From assembly GCA_964627815.1 (NCBI GenBank), contig CAZVKE010000009.1, positions 128,503-192,502 on the forward strand: a stretch of 64,000 nt of DNA. The letters run 5' to 3'. The position numbers and the translations under genes were made by a program. Source of the stretch: an uncultured Leptospiraceae bacterium. GTDB taxonomy: Bacteria; Spirochaetota; UBA4802; JAGODF01. Shown one piece after another: positions 57,236 through 64,000 of the stretch. Numbering within the stretch: the first letter of the stretch is position 1; each line of letters begins with the position of its first letter. The notes below the pieces were generated by a model. It saw only the letters and a program-made list of their open reading frames with translations. It made no database searches and had not been told where the DNA came from.

Positions 57236-57937
57236 ATGAAATCAGCCGGATTCAACGGCTTCACCATGGGAACCATCGAATTTTTCAGAGAACTCTCTCA
57301 CCACAACACCAAACAGTGGTTCGAGGCGCACAGGGACGAGTATGAAACCAACGTGCTCGCGCCGGCGCGCCTGTTCGTAACGGCGATGGGCGCGCGCCTC
57401 GAAAAAGCGTTTCCCGGCATCAACGCCGACCCGCGCACCGACCGCTCGATATTCCGCATCCACCGGGACACACGCTTCAGCCGCGACAAGAGCCCGTACA
57501 AAACCCACCTCGCCCTCTGGTTCTGGGAAGGAAGCCGCCCCCGCATGGAATGCTCCGGATTCTACCTCCACGTCGAAGAGGGGATGATGATGGTCGGCGC
57601 GGGCATCTACATCTTTCCAAAAGACCTGCTCTCCGCGTACCGCGGCGCGGCCGGCGGCGAAAAGTCCGGCGCTGAGCTCCGCCGCGCGGTCAGGGCCGTC
57701 ACGGCGGACGGTGACATATCGATCGGCGGAAGGTTCTACAAAAAGACGCCGGCCGGCTTCCCGGCGGACCATCCGAACGCGGATCTCCTTTTGCACAACG
57801 GCCTTTACACGGGCAGCGAAGGGCCGGTGCCGCGGGAGATCCTCTCCGCCGACCTGGTGGAGTTCTGCTTCACCCGCTTCAAGAAGATGGCCCCGCTCCA
57901 TAAATGGCTCGTGAAGCTTACCGAAGGCGGTTTTTAG
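57236..57937 (+). CDS. DUF2461 (TIGR02453) family protein
   Basis: It has TMGTIEFFRELSHHNTKQWFEAHRDEYE. Confidence 0.65.
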   Translation: MKSAGFNGFTMGTIEFFRELSHHNTKQWFEAHRDEYETNVLAPARLFVTAMGARLEKAFPGINADPRTDRSIFRIHRDTRFSRDKSPYKTHLALWFWEGSRPRMECSGFYLHVEEGMMMVGAGIYIFPKDLLSAYRGAAGGEKSGAELRRAVRAVTADGDISIGGRFYKKTPAGFPADHPNADLLLHNGLYTGSEGPVPREILSADLVEFCFTRFKKMAPLHKWLVKLTEGGF

Positions 57938-57950
57938 CGGGGAGCGCTGC

Positions 57951-59282
57951 CTACAGGATCGGCGTGATATTGGCCTTTGTCCCGTTGAGCTTCGCGGCAA
58001 GAAGCTGAATGACCGCATCGAGGCTGCTTCCCGGCACGAGCTCGAGCTGGTTCACCTTCATCTGTTTGCACAGTCCGTACACGGTCTGCGCGAGGTTATT
58101 ACAGCCGGGGCTCATCGTCACGTTCTTCTTCCCCAGGCGCTTCACAAGGTCAAGGCCGTGCTCCTGTATCGCGCAGCTCCCGGCGAGGTGCACGCGGCCG
58201 TGCAGGAGGCGCACCTCGTCCTTATCGATCCCCTTTCCCATGAGTATGGTAAACCCGCCCTTCCCTTCGTGGTCGCGGTAGAGCACCTCGGCGACGGTTT
58301 CGGTGTTGCGGCGGCAGCCTTCGCGGCAGCAGCGCTCCTTTCCCCTGAGTATCTTCAGGTCGGGAGGAAAATCGTCGAGGAGCTCGTGGGTGAGCTTCTT
58401 TTTGCGCGCGTCGTAGAGCTTCCTGTTGACGATCTCGATCTTTCCCATATCGGCGGTGCCGATGCCGCTTTCCGCGGCGAGGCGAAGGTGCTCAACATCC
58501 TTTACCGCATATCCCATGAGGCCGGAACCGACGGCGTCGACGGCGAGCGGATCATCTCCCGCGATGAGAAGGTTCATCGGCACCACGCAGCGGTCGGCGT
58601 TGCCCGTGGCGATGTAGTGGCCGTGAGTGGTGGCGATGAGGCCGTCGACGAGGGCGAAATCGGGCCGCACGATCCGGTAGATATCGGCGATCTTCTGGTG
58701 GATCTTGAAGTTGTGGTCGGCGATCCTGCTCATCTGGTGGACGAGGCCGAACTGGTTCTTGACCGAAAGCGTCACCGTGCTCATCGAATGGGTCTTCAGC
58801 TTCGGGAGGGAGATATACAGGTTCGCGTCGCGGTTCAGCACGAGCCTGTCGTAGACGAATTCCGATATATCGATGAAGCTTTCCATGGTTTCCAGGTAGA
58901 CCGGGAATGCGGGCGTCTCATCGAGATACACCGGCACCGCGCCCGTCTCATGGCAGATCGCGGTGATGCCGGTCGACTTGAACACGAGCCGCGTGAAATT
59001 CGCCTGCGAGCAGTTTTCCATCACGTAGACGGTGCGCGCGCCACGCTCCTTGAAGTAGAGGATCACCTCCCTTATCATAGCGGGATCGGTATACGAATAC
59101 GGCTTCAGGTCTACGGCGTTCACTTTCAGATACACGTCCCGGCTCGCTTTTATGAGCGCCTGCGCGCCTCCGAAGGCTTCGAAACACTCGCGGACGGCCG
59201 CATCCAGCCCTATCCCCGTATCCGTGAGCACGACCCGCGCCTTCGCCTGCTTTCCGCTCTTCTTCGTCATTTCCTTTTTCAT
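57951..59282 (-). CDS. DUF362-domain protein
   Basis: It has a DUF362 pattern with a Cys-rich C-terminus. Confidence 0.55.
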   Translation of the reverse strand: MKKEMTKKSGKQAKARVVLTDTGIGLDAAVRECFEAFGGAQALIKASRDVYLKVNAVDLKPYSYTDPAMIREVILYFKERGARTVYVMENCSQANFTRLVFKSTGITAICHETGAVPVYLDETPAFPVYLETMESFIDISEFVYDRLVLNRDANLYISLPKLKTHSMSTVTLSVKNQFGLVHQMSRIADHNFKIHQKIADIYRIVRPDFALVDGLIATTHGHYIATGNADRCVVPMNLLIAGDDPLAVDAVGSGLMGYAVKDVEHLRLAAESGIGTADMGKIEIVNRKLYDARKKKLTHELLDDFPPDLKILRGKERCCREGCRRNTETVAEVLYRDHEGKGGFTILMGKGIDKDEVRLLHGRVHLAGSCAIQEHGLDLVKRLGKKNVTMSPGCNNLAQTVYGLCKQMKVNQLELVPGSSLDAVIQLLAAKLNGTKANITPIL

Positions 59283-59340
59283 ATACCCTCCGCTTCCGTT
59301 TCGCGCCGTGCCTTTCGATGCCGCATGCGCCTTGACGCGA

Positions 59341-61017
59341 TCAGCTTTCCGGCGTGCCGCCGCTTTCGCGCTTCATGAACACGGTCCTGGTCGGGAACGG
59401 AATCTCTATCCCCGCCCCGTTGAGCGCCGTGTAGATCGCCGTTGTCGCCTCTATTTTTTTCATGTAATGATCGTCATACATCGGTATCCAGAACTTTGCC
59501 CTGAACTCCATCGCCCAGTCGCCCATCTTCTCAAACACTACCACCGGCTCAGGCTCCTTTTCCACGTCGGCAAGCGCGGTGACCGCACCGAGCACGACAT
59601 CCACGACCCGCGCAGGGTCGGTGCCGTACGCCACGCCGAACTCGACGACGACACGTATCTTCGGATCGGGGAGCGCGTAGTTCTTGAACTTCTTGTTCAT
59701 CAGCTCGCCGTTCGGGATGACGATAACCTCGTTGTCGTAGGTCAGGAGCTTGGTGTTGCGAAGCCCCACTTCGATGATGATACCGGTGTCCCCTTCGATG
59801 CTCACCTTGTCGCCGACGGAAAACGAATTGTCGAGGATGAGGATGATGCCGCCGATGACGTTGGAAAGCGTATCTTTGACGGCGAAGCCGACAGCGAAGC
59901 CGATGATGCCGAGCGAGGCGACGAGCGGGCCGATCTCCACGCCGAATTTCGAGAGCACCAGGAGGAGCGCGACGATAACGATGAAAATCTTTATGATCCG
60001 CGAGAAGAGCGGCACCAGGTCATCGTCGATGCGCGAGTCTGCCTTTCCCGTGACGCCCTGCCCCCAGAGCCGGATAAAGGTCTCGGCGACGCGCAGCAGG
60101 TAGTAGGCGGCGACCGCGATCATGCAGGCGGTGATGAAATTGCCGATGAAAAGGGCGAGCGAGGCGGAAGCGCGCAGCGGCAGGACCGCGAGCCTGACGC
60201 CGAAAAGCACGATGATAAGCTTCACCGGGCGCACCGACGCGGCGAGCAGCTCATCGTCGAGCGTGGTTGCGGTCTTCGCGGTCAGCCGGCGCAGCAGCCT
60301 GTCGGCGAGGAATCCCGCCGCGAAAGAGATTAGAAGAAAGAGCAGGAAGATCGAAAGCGACGCCACCCATTTATTCGCGACGAGCGGTCCTAGCCTCGAA
60401 TGCGCAAGCCAGTCGAAAACTCCCATGATGCCGCGGAAATGTCCGCTTCCCACTATCGGCGCGAGGTCGGAAAACGCCTGCACCCTGAACCACTCGACGC
60501 TCCTGTCGGCGAAGCGCTCCATCGTATCGAGCAGGCCGTCATCGACCGTGCCCCGGAACGGCGGCCCCTTCACCACCTCGCCGGAACCCGTATACAGGAT
60601 CTGATAATCGATCTGGATCGTTTTTCCCTGTACGATGTAGCGGCCCGCGAAACCGATGTCCGCTCCCGATTCGCGAAGGACAGAGAGCGCGATCTCGGGC
60701 TGCGAAAGCGCGTCGGCATCGGCGCCCTGCGACTTCATGGCGTCGCGCACGGTCTTTTCATCGACGGAATGTATCCGGCTGCCGCGGGGCAGTCGCGCGC
60801 GCAGCAGCTCGGGGATATAGGCGGAAAGGTACTTCATCTGCGATCCGGCATAGTCATGGAATGGAAGGATCGCAACCCGCTCACCCGCCGCGCCCGTGTG
60901 ATGATGCGCGGGAACGGCAGGCGCCTTTGTATCGACCCCCTCCGCGCCTAAAACCGGAGACGCGAATAACAGGAGGAGCAGCGCGTAAAGACGGATATAT
61001 CTGAAATGCCGTTTCAT
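59341..61017 (-). CDS. mechanosensitive ion channel (MscS family) with large N-terminal periplasmic domain
   Basis: It has a signal peptide, TM helices and an MscS beta-domain (GDKVSIEGDTGIIIEVGLRNTKL). Confidence 0.8.
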   Translation of the reverse strand: MKRHFRYIRLYALLLLLFASPVLGAEGVDTKAPAVPAHHHTGAAGERVAILPFHDYAGSQMKYLSAYIPELLRARLPRGSRIHSVDEKTVRDAMKSQGADADALSQPEIALSVLRESGADIGFAGRYIVQGKTIQIDYQILYTGSGEVVKGPPFRGTVDDGLLDTMERFADRSVEWFRVQAFSDLAPIVGSGHFRGIMGVFDWLAHSRLGPLVANKWVASLSIFLLFLLISFAAGFLADRLLRRLTAKTATTLDDELLAASVRPVKLIIVLFGVRLAVLPLRASASLALFIGNFITACMIAVAAYYLLRVAETFIRLWGQGVTGKADSRIDDDLVPLFSRIIKIFIVIVALLLVLSKFGVEIGPLVASLGIIGFAVGFAVKDTLSNVIGGIILILDNSFSVGDKVSIEGDTGIIIEVGLRNTKLLTYDNEVIVIPNGELMNKKFKNYALPDPKIRVVVEFGVAYGTDPARVVDVVLGAVTALADVEKEPEPVVVFEKMGDWAMEFRAKFWIPMYDDHYMKKIEATTAIYTALNGAGIEIPFPTRTVFMKRESGGTPES

Positions 61018-61035
61018 CGAATCATCCTTCCAGAG

Positions 61036-61854
61036 TCAGATACCGGACTTCAGGAATTCAAGCTCCGTCACCGGCGGTACCAGCCCTTCCCCTGACGCGG
61101 CTTCAAAATAGAAGAGAAGCGCCTTTTTAAGCTCGGGAGTGAACTTGAATTTCAGAAGATGATAGTAGCTGTCTATATCGTGATAGTCAAGCGCGGTGTA
61201 CTTCTCGTACGCCTTTTTCATGAGCCGCTCGCGTTCGGTCTCCAGGCAGTCAAGCGAGCGGTGATACGATTCGACGATGTCTCCGATGAGCCTGCCGTGG
61301 CGCGCCGCAGCCTCGCGCCTGACGCCGAACACCGCGAAGACCACCGGGTGGCCGGTGTGCCGCATCCAGAGATCGCCGAGATCGTAGATATACGGCACCT
61401 GCTGCTTCATCGGAAGCATCGCGTCGTTGCCGATAACCAGCGCCGCGTCGATCTCGTCGAGGAGCGGGAACGGCGGCGAGGAAACATATTCAGGTTTGAC
61501 ATGATAATAGCGGTTGAGGAGAACCCGCAGGAGCGCCACGCTCGTCTGCGAGGCGGAGGAAAGGCCCACCTTCTTTCCGTCGAGGTATTCGATCGGCACC
61601 GTGCTTATGAGAATGACGGAGCGGACATATCCGATCGAGCTCAGGCAGAAATCAGGCAGGAGCACCACGTCCTTCCGCAGATCCGCATACGCCGCGGCGG
61701 ATATAGGGCTCATGTCGAGCTCGCCGGCGCCGAGCATCCTGTTAAGCGCGCTCGGTATCGCGGGCACCACCTCGACACCGTCAACACGCTGTTTCTCATA
61801 CATGTGATAGTAAAACGGATAACAGTTAAGGTAATCGATGCAGCCGATTTTCAT
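61036..61854 (-). CDS. mqnA: MqnA/MqnD-family menaquinone (futalosine pathway) biosynthesis protein
   Basis: It has KIGCIDYLNCYPFYY and a periplasmic-binding-protein-like fold pattern. Confidence 0.7.
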   Translation of the reverse strand: MKIGCIDYLNCYPFYYHMYEKQRVDGVEVVPAIPSALNRMLGAGELDMSPISAAAYADLRKDVVLLPDFCLSSIGYVRSVILISTVPIEYLDGKKVGLSSASQTSVALLRVLLNRYYHVKPEYVSSPPFPLLDEIDAALVIGNDAMLPMKQQVPYIYDLGDLWMRHTGHPVVFAVFGVRREAAARHGRLIGDIVESYHRSLDCLETERERLMKKAYEKYTALDYHDIDSYYHLLKFKFTPELKKALLFYFEAASGEGLVPPVTELEFLKSGI

Positions 61855-61963
61855 TGGACAGCCTCACGACAGGTCGTACTTCCGGGCGGACATATCGCCG
61901 GTCAACCATCCCAGATTCGGGTACTCATGGAAAATAATCAATTCTTTTTACAGAAGCGTTCCC

Positions 61964-62440
61964 TCAATGCCGCAAAATAACCGGCGATGCGCGCCTCTGT
62001 GACGATTTTCCTCCTTCGCCGGGCTCGCAAACGGAGGAGTAACGGAATCGTCGGGAGAGAGGAGCGAAGGAAGAGCGGTAGTTCCCCGTATGCCTGAGGA
62101 AGCGCGCCCTTCTCCGCGTTCCCGTAAGGACAACCGGATTCTCTTCTGCGAGGGAACTTTCGGTCCGGAGCAGGCGGTGTGATAGAAATGCGTTGTAGCC
62201 GCTCCGGTGTTCCTTCCGTGCGCGCCGTTTCCATTCTATTCTTTGCGTCTCCGGAAGCTCCTGCCATGCTTTCACCGCCTCCCTGAACGCGCCCCGCCTT
62301 TCACGCTGCGCCGCTGAATCGGGATTTGCCGGTTTAACGTAGGGGCGCATGTAGTGCCTGCCCCATCTTCGTATCACTACGACGTCACCAACACGGCCGT
62401 AGAGTGATGCGAATTCGTCTGCGAGTGTGATTCGTGCCAT
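61964..62440 (-). CDS. arginine-rich hypothetical protein
   Basis: It has an internal ATG with a GGAGG RBS 8 nt upstream. No recognisable domain is present. Confidence 0.35.
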   Translation of the reverse strand: MARITLADEFASLYGRVGDVVVIRRWGRHYMRPYVKPANPDSAAQRERRGAFREAVKAWQELPETQRIEWKRRARKEHRSGYNAFLSHRLLRTESSLAEENPVVLTGTRRRARFLRHTGNYRSSFAPLSRRFRYSSVCEPGEGGKSSQRRASPVILRH

Positions 62441-62563
62441 TCCTGCTTCCTCCATCTGTTGCGTGATACATATTAGTGCGGTTTCTCCGAAGAGGATGAC
62501 ACTTTTTTTGTCCGATACTTTAGGAAAGTAACAAAGGTTTTTCAGGGCTGAAGTGGCTATTTT

Positions 62564-62597
62564 GACGCTTTCTTTTTAGCGCGAAAAAGAAAGCGTC
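62564..62597. other. perfect 14-bp-stem hairpin (GACGCTTTCTTTTT-AGCGCG-AAAAAGAAAGCGTC) in a 600-bp ORF-free segment
   Basis: The hairpin is read directly from the sequence. It is not followed by a T-run on either strand. Confidence 0.6.
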
Positions 62598-62810
62598 GCA
62601 AAGAAAAGCGCGCGCCTGCGGCGGGCTTGTTCGACGTAAGCTACATCCTGTAGCACGCTGAACCGCCGGTCATCGTGACCGGCGTTGAAGAAGGGAACTT
62701 ATCTTAAAAGATTACATCTGACCCTATGCTGTAATCTGCTTGCAAAAATTTTCTCCGGGATTATACGATGAACACCATGACGCGCGAGGCAAGAGGCCGA
62801 GCGAAAGCGG

Positions 62811-63045
62811 CCGAGACGGCAGGATGCCGTTTCGTAGGCCGCATCAGATGGATTTATAATTGAAACAAGGCCAAGCCCACGCGGCGTCTGAGCGGCGGGA
62901 TGGGGGCATACGGGGGAAGGGCGGAGCCTTTCACCCGTGAAAAGCTATCGACGGGAAGGAGACCACCGGGCAAGGTGCTGGCATAGTGCCGGTACAAAAA
63001 GGACGAAGAAAAACCCCACGGTAGATTCTTTCATCCGTGAACACA
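62811..63045 (+). repeat. copy 1 of a diverged ~240-275-bp direct repeat
   Basis: Four shared cores are present: GAGACGGCAKGATGCCGTTTCG, AAGGCCAAGCCCAC, GTGCCGGTACAAAAAGGACGAAGAAAAA and TTTCAYCCGTGAAMACA. Confidence 0.7.
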
Positions 63046-63130
63046 GAAATATTTTTTTAACCCGCTTTTTCGCTTGATGTACCGCCCGCCATCAAATATA
63101 TTCACGAAAAGTCATCGCGGAGAAATCCCT

Positions 63131-63439
63131 ATGGATAAAAATGAAATTCTGGCATTCCTGGACAAACACAGCGAATTCTTAAGGAAAAATTTTCAGGTCA
63201 GAACGCTCGCGCTTTTCGGTTCGTATGCAAGGAGCGCGGAAAACAGGGAAAGCGATATCGACATACTCGTCGAATTCGAGAGGAATACGTTCGATAATTA
63301 CATGGGGCTCAAGTTCTTCCTCGAAGACTCACTGGGCAGGCAGGTTGATGTCGTACTTGCCGAATCCCTCAAGCCGCGCATCCAGCCTCAAATCATGAAG
63401 GAGGCCGTCTTTGCCAAGGGATTATCTTCTCTATCTTGA
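63131..63439 (+). CDS. MNT-type nucleotidyltransferase (antitoxin of HEPN/MNT pair)
   Basis: It has the motif GSYARSAENRESDIDILVEF. Confidence 0.8.
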   Translation: MDKNEILAFLDKHSEFLRKNFQVRTLALFGSYARSAENRESDIDILVEFERNTFDNYMGLKFFLEDSLGRQVDVVLAESLKPRIQPQIMKEAVFAKGLSSLS

Positions 63440-63497
63440 CGACATCATTGAGGCCGTTACAAAAATCGAATCATACACAGCCTGCGAGACGGCATGA
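63411..63497 (+). pseudogene. truncated HEPN/DUF86 toxin gene fragment (~28 codons) overlapping the MNT stop
   Basis: The fragment reads LPRDYLLYLDDIIEAVTKIESYTACETA*, matching the DUF86 N-terminal consensus. The frame ends exactly where repeat copy 2 begins. Confidence 0.45.
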
Positions 63498-63758
63498 TGC
63501 CGTTTCGCAGGCTGCTTCTGCTTATGTAGTGAATGAAAAAGGCCAAGCCCACAGGGGTTGAGCCGACAGGGATGTCGACGAATGGGGCTGTAACGCAACA
63601 GGAAGTTGCGTTTACAGCCGTATAGAGTGGAATTCATGAAGAAGAGAAAGATAGCCGCGACGGCGAATGAGTCGCGGCTTTTTTGTGTCCTTTTTGTGCC
63701 GGTACAAAAAGGACGAAGAAAAATCTCCATAGTGGGGCCTTTCACCCGTGAAAACACA
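63484..63758 (+). repeat. copy 2 of the diverged direct repeat (contains an internal intrinsic terminator)
   Basis: It carries the same four cores in the same order and spacing class as copy 1, offset by about 672-711 bp. Confidence 0.7.
63654..63684 (+). terminator. rho-independent terminator inside repeat copy 2
   Basis: An 8-bp GC-rich stem (GCCGCGAC/GTCGCGGC) with a 9-nt loop is followed by TTTTTT. Confidence 0.7.
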
Positions 63759-63883
63759 ATTATATCCATCACCTCTAATCATCCGCGCCCGCAATGTTAT
63801 TTTCATTGACATAATTCATGTTTTAAATTTCTTTATAAAAAAGTTTTTATATAATTAAATTATCATAAAAGGAGAACCTGACA

Positions 63884-64000
63884 ATGATCAAATCCAGGAT
63901 TTTAGTGCTTTTGTTGTTTATGTCATTCATGCTTCTTTCATCATGCGGCCAGTGGGTGGATAATCCCATGGGATCATGTAAAGAAGACATGACAAAAGAA
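63884..64000 (+). CDS. lipoprotein (5' partial at window edge), in low-GC DNA
   Basis: It has MIKSRILVLLLFMSFMLLSSCGQ with a lipobox. An AAGGAGA RBS lies 8 nt upstream and a TATAAT box sits at 63850-63855. The region is about 35% GC against about 60% background. Confidence 0.5.
   Translation, partial: MIKSRILVLLLFMSFMLLSSCGQWVDNPMGSCKEDMTKE

Noticed and set aside
62456-63073. A possible tRNA, tmRNA, RNase P RNA, SRP RNA or 6S RNA in the 600-bp ORF-free segment, as an island integration site.
   Set aside because: I could not find a GTTCGAATC-type T-loop, a tmRNA tag ORF, the RNase P P4 consensus or the SRP domain IV motif by eye. This needs an Infernal search.
62811-63758. Integron cassette array with attC sites.
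   Set aside because: The repeat units are about 240-275 bp, longer than typical attC sites. I could not find a convincing R''/R' core pair (only one GTTGAGC). No intI is in the window. It remains a possibility if downstream sequence shows more units.
62811-63758. CRISPR array.
   Set aside because: There are only two to three copies of short motifs with irregular spacing and long, dissimilar units. No cas genes are present.
63606-63809. A 67-aa ORF (MRLQPYRVEFMKKRK...) in repeat copy 2.
   Set aside because: A strong intrinsic terminator hairpin lies inside it and it spans conserved repeat cores. The repeat reads better as non-coding.

Overview
The window is about 60% GC and appears to be bacterial chromosome from a Gram-negative-type organism that is not a classical proteobacterium. 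It carries RNase Y, CdaA-CdaR and YmdB alongside TolC and a Cus-type RND pump, plus MEP-pathway genes dxs and ispH and a futalosine-pathway gene mqnA. Gene density is high: about 65 supportable CDS, no rRNA, tRNA or CRISPR. Most ORFs in the six-frame track are antisense shadows of the real genes, as expected at high GC. From 5' to 3' the content is:
- The tail of a type II secretion / type IV pilus-like assembly operon: a PilM-PilN (GspL-like) fusion, then GspM-like and GspN-like proteins.
- IspH fused to a UbiA-like polytopic membrane domain.
- pdxJ, cdaA-cdaR, folP, tlyA, dxs, ymdB, rny and coaD.
- A YozG-like XRE regulator with its DUF2975 partner.
- An ArsR-methyltransferase fusion co-transcribed with ahcY.
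- A four-gene Fe-S / radical-SAM operon: queE, an Elp3-like radical SAM with a CX4CX2C motif, a 53-aa ORF and a YkgJ-type cysteine-cluster protein.
- Two K+ channels, each next to a signalling protein (a GAF-PP2C phosphatase and a REC-REC-GGDEF regulator).
- A translationally coupled flippase-like membrane protein and radical SAM/SPASM pair.
- purB, recO, corC, and a cusCBA-type metal efflux operon.
- Housekeeping and miscellaneous genes including lgt, pirin, an AlkD-like repair protein, MscS and mqnA.

The clearest accessory segment is the last 2.1 kb (61.9-64.0 kb). It contains an arginine-rich hypothetical gene and a 600-bp ORF-free structured segment. Two diverged direct copies of a roughly 240-275 bp element flank an MNT-type nucleotidyltransferase (antitoxin-like) gene. 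The cognate HEPN/DUF86 gene is cut off after about 28 codons, exactly at the boundary of the second repeat copy. A low-GC lipoprotein gene with its own promoter and RBS begins at the window edge. I cannot recognise a known defence or mobile-element machinery in the sequence. The most system-like novel candidates are the IspH-UbiA fusion, the queE-rSAM-YkgJ operon, the flippase/rSAM-SPASM pair and the repeat-flanked toxin-antitoxin remnant.
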